From positions 3,364,422-3,428,421 of the forward strand of contig NC_092678.1 of assembly GCF_964355755.1 (NCBI RefSeq): a stretch of 64,000 bases of DNA, read 5' to 3'. The first letter of the stretch is position 1, and every line of letters starts with the position of its first letter. The notes beneath the pieces were generated by a model. The model saw only the letters and a list, made by a program, of their open reading frames with translations, was not told the origin of the DNA and did not search any database. Positions 50,670-62,858 of this stretch are shown one piece after another. Both the position numbers and the translations under genes were made by a program. The DNA is from Antedon mediterranea (taxonomy: Eukaryota; Animalia; Echinodermata).

Positions 50670-53600
50670 TTAAATCAAGGCTTTTAAGTGCCATTCATTA
50701 TCCACTAAAGACTTGATAATTTGCTTGCTTCTGTTTGGCCAAATTGGATGAAGTTCACGACTCAATTTATCTGCAATTTCATTTGCTGCCTCTACAGGAG
50801 TGATATTGTCATCTTCAGCTTTCTTTAAAATCTTGTTAGTAATGTTGAATATCTGTGAATATATATAATACATTTATTTATTGAATTGCACTATATCTAA
50901 GAGTTGAACATGTTCACTGGCAGGGCCAAAGACTGGTCTCCCAGAGGGGGCAGTTATGATCAGTGGCTGTGATGTACTAAGTACACTGGGATAACCCTAC
51001 TTGTCCCAAACGATGTACTAGGTTCTTTAAAGTACACATGAGCTAGATGTGTACACTCATGGACTTACGTTTATAGTCCGAAAAGACTCGTTCTACCTAC
51101 CACCAGAACCATGGATCGAGTGAGCTTTGAACCCTTGGCGATGTTATGGCTACGTAATTACAGTTCCACTGTCTTAACCGCTGAGCCATTCACTCGCTCT
51201 TAAGGGTCTTTCACACCTGTTCCGGCACGGTTCCGGTCCGGCGCCCAATCGAACGTCAATGTTTCGTTTTTACGCGGCTAAGCGCATATCGATTGGCGCA
51301 TAGCCGTGTGGAGAGTCGTGAAAACGAAACATTGATGTTCGATTCGCCGGACCGGAACCGTGCCGGAACAGGTGTGAAAGACCCTTTAGGGAGTTTCTTG
51401 GTTAACCATTGTAAAATTTACGACTAAAATAGATTTTTTTAAAAACATAGAAAGCTAATACCATTGTTTTGAAGGTGGATGTTACATATTTTCACATTAA
51501 GGCATATTAGTTCACCAATATTTAAAATGTAAACAACCATTGAAATTATGTATACCATTATCTAACCCCAAACTACCGTACTCACCGAATTCTCCCATTC
51601 CTTGTTAAAATGACGAGTAATAGCTGGATCGTCCGGTAGTCTTCCGTAAACCTCATTTGCGCAATTTACAATACCCTGGAAAAAGTAATAATAAATATTA
51701 TCCTATATGCAGTGTGGTGACATCACACAATAACTACCTTTTAAAATAAGTTCCACATTATTATTAGGCATCATGTTTTAAATAAGCGTCTTATAATTAT
51801 TAGTACTGCATATAAATAAATGTAGTTTTGTAATTTGATCAATCACAATTGATAGATTATTTGATTGATTTGGTTATTTGCAAAAGGGCTACGTCCTTTG
51901 TTGTATCTCTGTTGGGAGCCAAGCTTATAAAAAGAGGCTTTATCAAAATAAGTGCTCCATTGTATCGGTGGTACTTATAAAGTGTTGATGAAATAAATAT
52001 ACATATAGTATATATTTACCATTCTATTAGCTAGAAAGTCAACAATGTAAGAGATGCCTCTTTCCTTCAGCAACTCGTTATCTGCTGGGCATCCCAGCTG
52101 GTTGTTGGCTGCACCGCATACAATCTTAGCATTTATCATAGGAATCGTATCTGCATTTAAAACCTGTGAATAAATAACTTTGTTCAAGTAATCTAGAAAC
52201 AGTGGCATAACGGCTTAATGGCTAAACCCAGAGACTCTCAGCAGTGTCCAGAAGAAAAAACAGGAATTAAAATATGTCAATAAAGGCTAAAAACGTCCAA
52301 GGCCTCCAGCGTTGGAGGGCCACTTAGGGTTCCTAAACCAGAAGCCTCAGGTCTCTACATTACGCCACTGTATAGAGGACCTCTTAATATCGGTTCTTTT
52401 TAATAAAGAATCTGCACAGTTTATCCTTTTTAAAGAACGAGTAAACTAGAAGGGCACATATATACAGAAAGATTTTTAACTTAACCCTGGGACCGCTGTT
52501 GTTTTTAACTTACGTTTCCTAGAGCACAAGGAGAGAATATATCACACGGATAACCTGCTACCGAATTGTCATCAATCTCAACTTTCTCAACTTGTAAAAT
52601 ATCTTTATACTGTAAATGAAACAAAATGTCATAGATTTAATACGATATGATATTATTTATTGTCATTCAAAGGTAAAAATGAAATGAATGAAATTTATTT
52701 TGGTTGAATTAACATACAATTAGACAAATGAATACAATATATAAAGCTTCGTAACCAGTGGGAAAGAGACCCTACAAACTATTAATACATGAATTGAATT
52801 ATAAAGAAATGATTGTTGGCAGCGTTTAGTGTTTGATACCAAATATGGTAGTGATATGCCCAAATATGGTAGTAATATGACATCATCATGTCTATATATC
52901 GGCACATCACATTTTTTTGTCATATAAAATTTAATAGTGTAGACAAGGCTTTATGCGAGTAAGAAAAATGGGGGATGAAAAACACCTCCAAGACTATCCG
53001 AAGACTTGGGAAGTCTGTAATAAAACCTGCTGTCGAAATGAATATAGCATTTGAGAGCTGGTTACCTTTGGATAGAACCGGTTTCTCATGTCCGTTACTC
53101 GTATCTGATGACAATCTGTCACGTAGATGTGCGATACGCCTTTTTGCAGCAGCTCTTCTACTATCACAGTTGCTAGGAAACAAGTAAACAGTGGATTAAA
53201 TCAATTATCATTAAATTATTTTTTTGCTTTAAATTACATTTAAAATGGTATATTCAACAAAAATGTGAAGAAAAAAATTGTTTAGGGGGACAATATATCT
53301 TTAAGGAATGTCTGTAGAATATCATAGATCACAGGTAAGACTGTGTGTAACTTTACACAGATGACTGTCTTACCAACATTACCGGCTCCTTGGATTGCAA
53401 TACGTTTCCCTACCAATGTACCCATGTTAAGGTAGTCCAAGGCTCCTTCCATTGCACAAACAACACCTACAAATGAAGAACACAGCATACATGAAACAGT
53501 ATTATAAATTATAAATTTGTTAGAAACTCATAGTGTTCTGTAAACCTAAATATAGGGTGTATTGCTGACCAAACTTAATGCGGGAATATTAACTGTACTC

Positions 53601-56600
53601 ACCTTTTCCCGTTGCGATTGAGGGATTGCCGGATCCACCCTTGACTTCTGATATACATGTTGTATAGCGTGTGAACATGTGCACATTGTCCAAGTCAGAC
53701 ACATTTAAGCCGACGTCCTCCGCAGCAACTAAAACAATATTCAGAAATTATATAGAAATATTAATATTTTGTAGTTGGATATCTGAAAAAATGATGTTTT
53801 ATGAGATGATTGTTTCTCATAATAGTACTATATAGTACTGTAGTGGAGCTGTAGCTTGGTGGTTAACGTGCTTGCCTTCCAATCCCAAGGTTCAGGGTTC
53901 AATCCTGACCTAGAGCCAGGGTTCAATTCTGATCTAGTTCCAGGATTGTAACTCACAACTCTTTCAACTCCACTCCCTAAGTCTCTAATAAGCACGATAA
54001 ATTATATAATAGTTTATCCATCCTGTAATTGGCGAGTTTGTGCTCGCTGTAGGATGCGTAGGAAATAAAACAGTTACTATATTCAATTCAAATGGTCCCC
54101 TTCCATCATTCACCACACAAAGGTTTAAATGCAGAAAATACTACACATTTGGTTGCAACTTTCTTATTTATAAAACATGGCATTAAAAATGATTACTGAT
54201 AATTTTTTGTGCATACATTTTTTTGCAACACAATGCATGCATTTACAAAACTTTTTTTAGAATAACAAACCAATGAATCAGTGTTTTCAAAGTTATCAAT
54301 CATCATTATCATATTGTTGAACCAAAAGTGTGTGCAATATTAATATATTAAAACATTGAAAACTGACATGCAAGTGGCAGTGTGCAGATTAAAAAACATT
54401 GTGTTATTCCTTTTATATACTACACCCTCCCCCCTTTTTAAAAAATTTAAATTAGAGACAAAATGCTGAACTTTATAAAGCTAACAAAGCAGCAAACATA
54501 CCAATGCAACCATTCAGAGAAGAGAAAAAGCAGCCCAAGTCATAGAAAAGTTGCGTACGAAACTCGGGCTGTCGATGATGCTTATCAGGTGGTTCAGGAA
54601 CAAGTCCTATACCGCCACCATACCTCAAAAAATGCAGAATTAGAGTACACATATTAATCAGTGCAAACAAATAAACATAAAATGTACAGCTTTAGCATGT
54701 GATAGAGAGCAGATGGAATATGTTATTAAACTATGTCTATCTGCACTATCAAACTAGTTTGACAAAAAAAGTGTGATGTGCCCAAAAAAGGTAGTGATAT
54801 ATCCAAATATGGTAGTGATATGACATCATCATGTCCATAGGCACATCACATTTTTTTGCTATATAAAGTTTGACAGTGTAGACAGAGCTTAAGGTTATTT
54901 TTATAATAATAGTAGAAGAATAAATTACAGTAACCCAAAGGACAATAAGAAATATTTTCTAGGAACATATAAAAAAGTCCATTTGGTATGTAAACCTACA
55001 TTTATGGAGATTATGATGTAATTAGGATGATCAATTGTTGTTTATATAATTATGACATTATATTTATGTTATGCAACGAAATGTCTTTATAACATATAGT
55101 ATCCCTTAAAAACCACCCAACATGCATTTTTAAGAGCTAAATCCTTGTTATTGTAATATTATTTTAATAAGACAACCACTGTGTTTCGTAAAGGTCACTA
55201 AATTAGGAATACCAGTAGGTGTATAATAATAGAAAGTTGAAGGCTATGTTAATAGACCAGATGGCGTACACATGCACCAAATTGATATTCTAGGCTGTAA
55301 AATTTGCATCAAGTCAAAGATACAGTACTTAAAATTATGAATGAGATTAAAACGTAGAATATTAAATATACTGTATTAAATAAGAGTTTAAAGGCTTCAG
55401 TTGAATAATCTGGAATAAATTATTAAATTTGATAAAGATTTTTACCATAGAATTGGCCACTAAACAAAATAATGACTGATTTCACTTAATAATAGTTCTA
55501 TTAGTTTTACGTGATCTTTTAATTAAATAAATCGACTGTGAAAGGTCCAGAAAAACAGTTGAAATTTATATACAACTAGTATTATTTGGTCGTGTTCTTT
55601 CTTCTTTTAGTTATGGGTCATTACATGAATACACAATTGTATGATGTATTGATCCCATTGTCACAAATCAATTTGTTACTAATATTAATACAACATTTCT
55701 GAATAAATATTTAATTTGTATCATATGTATTATTTATTATTAGAGCACCATAATTCTGGGAGCATATAATATTAATAGAAAGAATTAGTAGAGCAGTATA
55801 AAAAACAAAATTAAACAAAAAAATACAAACATGAAAATTAATAATATCTATGAGAAAGTAACAAAAAAGAAAGAATGAAATTAAAATTGAAGGAGGGTAA
55901 CTCTACCATAACAGCCATTGAGAGAGGAGAGAAACTCTCCATAATCATAGAACAAAGAAGTACGAAATTCTGGGTCCTTGTGGTTGTCTGATGGTGGCTC
56001 CTGGATAACGCCCTTGCCGCCACCGGCCCTGCGGAACAGAACGATGCTAATAAATGGTGCCAAATCACAAGAAAAGAACACTTGCAATGCAAATTAGATT
56101 AGATATTTAAAACTACGATGAAAATTATATTTTAATAATATTATAAGCAGTAATGTGGTAAAAAGTAATATTATTTGAATAAAATAAAAGGTACTTTATT
56201 TCAATGTAATCATGATATTACTTGTTTAATCATTTTTATAATTATTAGTATCTTAAATTGGTAACTGTATATATATAGCCTTAGTATTACCTTCATATGA
56301 ATAATTATGGGCTCAAGAGAGAATATTCTAGACAAATTTGTTTGATACTTTTTGCATGTCACTGGAATTACAAGTGCGGTGTTATCGCAAGAATTTGTTA
56401 TGTATTTATGTACGTAAACTTTTAGTATTAACAGTTATGAACAATCTAGAGTTATTCTTTACCATAAGCCAGCAAGGGCCGACTTGACTCCCATACCCTG
56501 TCCAAGGCGTAGACCATCTCGTAGGTATGCTTCCATGTCCGCGTAATCCCACAAGCGTATACCACCGCACTAGGTAAAAATAAAATAGATTATTATATTA

Positions 56601-57319
56601 TATTTTTATTAAAACAAAAGTTATATTTAAAAAAAAATCTGAAATTTGAAAAGAGGCATTATCTTAATTTTCTCCTATAATATCTCAATGAGCTTGCTTC
56701 TACTGAAAAAAAAAACCACCAAACTTATTAATTAATTGTAAAATGATGCAAATAACCAAAAACAATTAAAATTTACCGCCTGTCCCCGGTTTGTTCGCCA
56801 TATAAATGCACCAAGAAGACAATTTGTTCGCTTTCCTAACTGCATAAAAATGCCTTCATGTTCGTCAAAATCTACTTTGTCTTTTAACAAAAACAATTTT
56901 AATTCTTCAAGAAGTCCTGGATGCGAAACTTTCACCGCCTTTTCTTCGGGATCAAATACTAAATACAGACGTCTGATATTTTCAGCTTTTAAATAGTCAA
57001 TGAAATTCTGAGGAGATAACTTCAATAAAGACGTTTTGGAAGAGGCTGACCCTGTATTAGCAACTAGAGGGGTTGTTAAGAATGTCCGATGGCTGGATAG
57101 AGGCCAGGCCGCAGCACTACCACCACGAAGAGCTCCACGACCGGTTTCATCCTGCCGGTTTTTGTGGAGGAACACTGACTGCCGCTTGTTGAATCGATGG
57201 CCTTCGTGGTTATAATTAAAAGAGTTGCATGCAATATTACGAACGTTTAGATTCAATAATGTTGGTGAAATATAGCGTTTAGCAGAATATCTGAAATTAT
57301 TAAGTGATAATGCCATCAT
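50670..57319 (-). CDS. Leucine-dehydrogenase-like Glu/Leu/Phe/Val dehydrogenase with a probable mitochondrial presequence, 536 aa; complement(join(50670..50852,51586..51675,52020..52163,52514..52609,53066..53172,53374..53466,53603..53728,55907..56028 [or 54502..54623],56463..56569,56777..57319))
   Basis: GGIRLWDY..DGLRLGQGMGVKSALAGLW-AGGGKGVI, SLNGCYVAAEDVG, GGSGNPSIATGKGV, IAIQGAGNVA (Rossmann fold), CDIFSPCALG and IVCGAANNQL. All introns are GT-AG; 1611 nt in frame with one copy of exon 3. Confidence 0.93.
50925..51198 (-). mobile_element. tRNA-derived SINE with a Deu/Nin-like domain (second copy)
   Basis: Colinear with 33650-33926. A box TGGCTCAGCGG and B box GGTTCAAAGC on the minus strand. 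Confidence 0.7.
51203..51385. mobile_element. Palindromic MITE with TTA TSD (PIF/Harbinger-like)
   Basis: tta|agggtctttcacacctgttccggcacggttccggtccggcg...cgccggaccggaaccgtgccggaacaggtgtgaaagaccct|tta. Confidence 0.88.
53845..54070 (+). mobile_element. tRNA-derived SINE (tRNA-Gly-like head)
   Basis: A box TAGCTTGGTGG, gccttccaa anticodon-arm remnant, B box GGTTCAATCC, no acceptor stem pairing, and a tail with aataaa. Confidence 0.6.
54502..54623 (-). CDS. Alternative duplicated exon 3b of the dehydrogenase (YGGGIGLVPEPP...SSLNGCI)
   Basis: 122 nt, the same length and phase as exon 3a (55907..56028), with 25/40 aa identical. Acceptor ttttttgag (unusual GAG), donor gtatgt, no stop. Confidence 0.8.
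54730..54889. mobile_element. Tourist-like MITE family A copy
   Basis: cactatcaaactagtttgacaaaaaaagtgtgatgtgccc...agtgtagacagagct|taa. Confidence 0.8.
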
Positions 57320-57329
57320 TTTGGTTTAC

Positions 57330-57620
57330 TTTCACTCTCTGAAGTTAGGCCTAACCTACCGATCCTCTCGCGAGACGACGAACCAGCAATATTTATAAAG
57401 TGCGCCCTCTCTGGTGGACATAACTAAAAACTAGTCTTTGAGCTTGACGATACCTACTAATTACTTAGTACGTCTGGTGGTAAAAGACTACGCGGAAGTA
57501 ACTTTAAGAAAACTTTACGGTCGAATAAGTTTTGTAAATAAACTTCGATCGAGAAAATCAACAATTGTATACTGGTGGTACGCCTTAGTTTGACCAGGTT
57601 TGACAGATGTTTAAGGTAAG
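57330..57620. promoter_or_regulatory. Probable bidirectional promoter between the dehydrogenase (-) and plexin (+)
   Basis: Palindrome TCTCGCGAGA at 57366-57375, GCGCCCTCT at 57402 and CGGAAGT at ~57493. Dehydrogenase ATG at 57319; plus-strand consensus donor AAG|GTAAGT at 57616. Confidence 0.5.
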
Positions 57621-57762
57621 TATAAGAATATAAAGTCTAAATAATAACTTAACAGACGAATGCTATATGTAAGTGTATATTTAAACTTAAAAAAATTAAT
57701 TCATAGACCAAGATATTCATATACAGACCGACGATTTTCGGTCAAGAATTGAGGTAGGCTAG

Positions 57763-58770
57763 GGTAGCTGAATACAGATCACTCCGGCCGCGCTTCACTC
57801 CGGCCGCGCTTCAATCCGGCCGCGATTCATCCGGCCGCAACTATGGAGCGCCCATAGTCTTCAACCGAGACACGTTTTTTGTAGAGAATCAAAATAAACA
57901 TTTGTAATCATATTCAGTATATTTTTTCTCTTTCAGGATCACAACAACATCGCAAGTGTTTTAAATTAGGTCTAATGCTAAAACAAAATAATTTATGTGT
58001 TTTATCCAATGTAATAGGCTAGTATATTAATTGTAATGTAATTAATTATGTAATTTATTGCAATGTACCCTATATGTCATATTATTTTTATCATATATAA
58101 ATTAAAATATAAAATCATTGTAAATTGGACTGTACAAAAATGATATATTAATTCTTGATACAATTCCAGGTAACATTAATTAGACGGATATTTGATTATT
58201 TGAAATAAATTAATTAATATTGTAAATATTGTTATTAACTATAACAAACATCAATAGTAATTGATTATTTGAAATAAATTAATTAATATTTTACATATTG
58301 TTATTAATTATAATTAGTAAGTATGGGTACTGGCAAGATAAAGTGTTATAAAAATAAGGGTTTTAACTAATTTTTAATGTTAATAAATGTAAAGCTATAA
58401 AAATAAATGTACATAGAAAGAAATTAAATATTGTTATTCAAGCATTAATTAGACGGGTATTTGATTATTATTTTATTATTGAATTTAATTAAGTTAAGTT
58501 TAGTTTGAAAGAAAAAGCAGTTCCAACTTCTTTGATTGTTATTGTTAATGAAAAAAGTAAAATTGTTGCTAATAAATATTCAACTAGTTCCATTTAAATT
58601 CACCAAGAATTTGTTATAACACTGAACAGTATAGAAAACGTAGATATGGGCGCTCCATACTAACGGCCCCTTTGCACAGGAAGTCGAATTGAATAGCGGC
58701 CGGAGTGCATAACATCGCGCTAAACTGATACGGCGGCCGGAGTGAAGCGCGGCCGGAGTGATCGGCTACC
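57763..58770. mobile_element. 1008-bp non-autonomous DNA transposon with modular TIRs and a 6-bp TSD
   Basis: ggctag|ggtagc..gatcactccggccgcgcttcactccggccgc ... gcggccggagtgaagcgcggccggagtgatcggctacc|ggctag. Inner IR tatggagcgcccata/tatgggcgctccata; AT-rich non-coding interior. Confidence 0.85.
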
Positions 58771-59278
58771 GGCTAGCTTCACCATCATGTGCGACTCCTT
58801 CCTCCTCCATCACTACTAGTCCTAGTGGCACATTACCAGGGAGGTATAAAAATATTTTTATACCTCCCTGCTATTACCACTGTACTACAAAAAATACAAT
58901 TCTGTGTGTAGGCTAGGTTGAGTAATACAATTTAGAATGCCCTCGTTTAACGTTTGACTTAAAAAATTAGTAAAATTCTATTTTATTATGAAAAATTCAA
59001 CATCACTTTTTAAAATTATTTTTAAATGCTCGTTCTACGTTATTACTGTTAATGAAAAATTATTAGGGTTATTATGAATGTTGTTGCCAAGGTTACAAAA
59101 ACTTTCTGCCAGCTACACTTCTGTTAAATGAATTAAATATCCAACAAAGTATTTCTTAACTGTTTTGTTGTCTCCAATTTTCATAAAAATTTCACAATTC
59201 TATTTAAATCTATTTGTTTTCAGAATATATCATGTGCCAAAGATTAAAGAGGATACATTTTATTTGATTAAAGACAGA

Positions 59279-62200
59279 ATGGATCTATTAAGAACCACTT
59301 GTTTATATAAGCTAAGCTTTGCGTTACTAGTGTTATGGTTGCAGACACTATCCATACAAAGTGAGACTTTATCAGCCTACCTTTTAAATCAGTTCACGCC
59401 ATCCTCTCCAGTCAGTTTGCAACATATCGCAATCCACAATCGCACACGAGATGTCTACGTTGCCGCAAACAACAAGGTGTTCAGATTGTCAGATGATCTT
59501 ACGTTATTAAATAGCAATTCGACTTGTGATGAATCGGATGACTGCGTTAATGTCAACAAGGTTCTCGTTATCGATTATGAAAACGATAGATTGATAACAT
59601 GTGGAGGGGGTAACATGGGAAAATGTGAAGCATGCAACTTAATTGATTTTCAATATTTGTTTACATCTGCCGAGCAAGTCGTTGGTACCGAAGATTTATC
59701 AGCTGTGGGATTTATAGCTCCGGCCCATTCCGGTAGCGCATTATACACAGCGTCGCGCGATGATGGTGATGAAACATTCTCTTTTATTTCACGAAGGGAG
59801 TTATCCGATCTTACACCTGTAACACCAAGAAATGAAAATAGAATGCAAGTAGCAAGTGGCTATTATTTAAATATGTTACAATATGTCTCTGGTTTTTCTT
59901 ATGATGGATTCAGTTATTTCGTATCAAATAGACAAGATTCATTGATCACAGATGTTACATCTAGACTCAGTCGTGTTTGTGAAAGTGAAACAAACCTGTA
60001 TACATTTTCAGAAGTTCATTTGAAATGCAATGGATATGAATATGTCCGAAGTGTGTCTGTTGGTACCATAGGAAAACACCTTTCAGAATCATTAGGCCTT
60101 CAAGTTGGAGATAATGTTCTATTTGGAATTTTTTCAAGGAGCTCTACTAGTTTAGAATCTGCTCTTTGTATTTTCAATTGGATTGATATTAACCAAGCAT
60201 TTCGAAATGCCTTAAAAGGTTGCATTATACAGCCAAAGAATGATGATAATAAGTTACTGTATGCTAGTGGTTCTTTATGTACAGGTGGTGTAAGTATTTT
60301 TATTTTAAAGTTTTGAAATAACACAGAAAAATTAATATTAAAACAGTTGACTATGGTTTCCTGTTGGTTACTTAAGAAATATAAAAGTAGAGTTCCTGTG
60401 ATCACACACAAAAATATTATCTTTTCTGATACAGTATTAAAATAAATTTGTTTTTTTATCAGGTTGAATCTTTGAGTGATGCTCAAATAGACCGTTACCA
60501 ATGCGATTATGATTCTACATTTTATAAATACTCACAAGGCCTCATATCAGAAGCAGCTGCAGCTGATCCTGTATTACAGTTACCAAATCACAATCTCACA
60601 GCCATCACTACAGTAGTGGAACAGAACCACACGATAGCATTTCTAGGAACTGCCAGTGGAGAATTGCTAAAGGTAAGAACAAATGATGGTACGAAAAATA
60701 TTGGCAACATCAAGGATGATAATAAATAAATATGCCAATCAAAATGAAATATTTCTAAATTAACAAGCTTATATTTTTAATGAACACGTACAGGCACAGA
60801 TTGTTGACACTGCTACATCACGTGTATATGAAACCATTCCCTTGGATGATAAACCTGTGAAGCCTGACATAGTCATCAGCGACAACCTTGCGCATATTAC
60901 AGTACTGACGGAACAAACGGTGAGAGTAAAGAATTAAACTGCATTGCTAATGAACATAAAAGGTAACGAACAAGTTACAAGGAATTGTTTATTGTATATA
61001 GGCGTACAGTACTGGCGAACTCAAAAGTAGCAGAAACAGTAAGGAAAGAACTTAGATTACGAACAAACAAAGGAAGAAATTATTAGTTAAGATTTTGAAA
61101 AAACTCAAGAATTAAGATGGCCTAATAAATTTTCTCAACTAATATACGTTACTCCACAGCACTATAAAAATCTTTAGCCTTGTACTATGTTTGACCTTAG
61201 TACTGAATATTTATTTGTTATTTTAGGTTTTAAAGTTACGTGTGGAGAATTGTTCTCAGTATACTACATGCGATGAGTGCATTGGACCAAATTCCGGCAG
61301 CGATGGTGACCCGTATTGCGGATGGTGTACTCTGGAAAAAAAGTAATAATTTTAGCACATAAGCTCATATTAACAATTTTGGATTGTGGAAACAAGATGG
61401 GGAGAATGATATTTTGTTGCAAATCAGAATAATTTTATGATCTCTTTCATAAAGTAGACAAGGGCGGCCCAATCAAAGCTTCACCCTCCACCCCTCTCCC
61501 CAGTAATAAAAACTATTTACATATTAACAATTTTGGATTGTGGAAACAAGATGAGGAGGATGATATTTTGTTGCAAATCAGAATAGTTTCATGATCTCTT
61601 TCATAAAGTAGACAAGGGCGGCCCAATCAAAGCTTCACCCTCCACCCCTCTCCCCAGTAATAAAAACTATTTAAATTGATATATTCATTTTCTTTACAAT
61701 TATTTTCAGGTGTAGTCGCCAACAAGATTGCGCAACAACATGGCTTCCATACAACAACGCTGTTTGTGCTGAAATCTTATCCGTAGAGCCACCTGCTCTT
61801 CTTGACACACAAGCTAGCCAAACTGTAAGTGTCCAAAATACTACAAAGAATGCATACATGCATTAATGGAAAATATTGTTAAGCCTAATATTAATAAATC
61901 ATGAACAATAAAGTGGTATCATATAGAATTTTTAATTTTTCGTAAGTCCAACCAGAGACTTGGAAAGTCTGTATTTTAACAACACAATGTACAGTATGCT
62001 TTCCAGTGCAATTGGATAAACCAATCTGTTGTATTATTTTTATCTTGATATTGTTTGACTAATCATTACATTATTCGTGTTCATGTTTGATTTTAGATAA
62101 CTTTAGATATACAGGAACTTCCTCCACTTACTGATGGCTCAAGTTATAGATGTGATTTTGACAAGGGCGCGTTTGAGTCGGAACTCGTAGTTGGGACGAC

Positions 62201-62858
62201 CACCACGTGTTTATCACCTTCATTAGATAAAATACCAAACATACCTACTGATGAAGGTAAAAAAAAAGATTTTTAAGTAAAAACACCATGCCGCAAAATA
62301 TAATTTATTAAAGTTAACAAAATAAGTTCATATCATCATGATAGTTTGTTTGTATATATATTAGATTTTGTTTTGTGCCTATATTATTATAATATTTTAC
62401 GTATGTTGACATGTTTCTATGACAATTCTATTTAGTTTTAAATACCTGTATAAATATTATTTATTAAAGATTGATATGAACCCACAAAAGACAAAAAAAA
62501 AGTAAAAAAATAACCTGTGCCTGATGAAATACCAAAAGGCAGGGTAATAATAATGAAATGCTATAATCGGGCCATTTTTTTGTAACAACCATAAACAAAT
62601 AATCATTCTCACTGCACTTAATTACACATAATTCTGTACATGTCAACAGCAGACAATATTTAATGAAAAATAAAAGCCTATTTGTGTAATCCAATGAACA
62701 AACATAGCCAATTTTTAAAACTATTAATTTATTTTTAACAAATATATTTTTAAAATTTCAGAATTCATTACAATTGAACTTGCTGTATATTCTTCAGAAA
62801 CGAGAATTAATTTTTTAGAAACCGAATTTGTGTATTACAATTGTGGTAGATTTTCGAC
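59279..62858 (+). CDS. Plexin-family receptor, 5' part (signal peptide, Sema, PSI, TIG-like); join(59279..60289,60463..60672,60794..60919,61227..61342,61710..61824,62097..62256,62762..62858), presumably continuing beyond the window
   Basis: Signal peptide [11 protein letters not shown]; [52 protein letters not shown] and [14 protein letters not shown]; PSI domain [29 protein letters not shown]; FVYYNC. All introns are GT-AG and in phase. Confidence 0.92.
61367..61672. repeat. 154-bp tandem duplication within a plexin intron
   Basis: atattaacaattttggattgtggaaacaagatg... at 61367 and 61521. Confidence 0.9.

Noticed and set aside
52920-53187. ORF-track proteins 52920..53183 and 52975..53187
   Set aside because: Wrong-frame or antisense readings of dehydrogenase exon 6 (53066..53172).
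53845-53925. Functional tRNA-Gly gene
   Set aside because: A and B boxes are present but there is no acceptor stem, the B-box segment is duplicated, and a SINE-like tail follows.
60100-60501. 133-aa antisense ORF over plexin
   Set aside because: It spans an intron and is antisense to a well-supported exon, with no motif.
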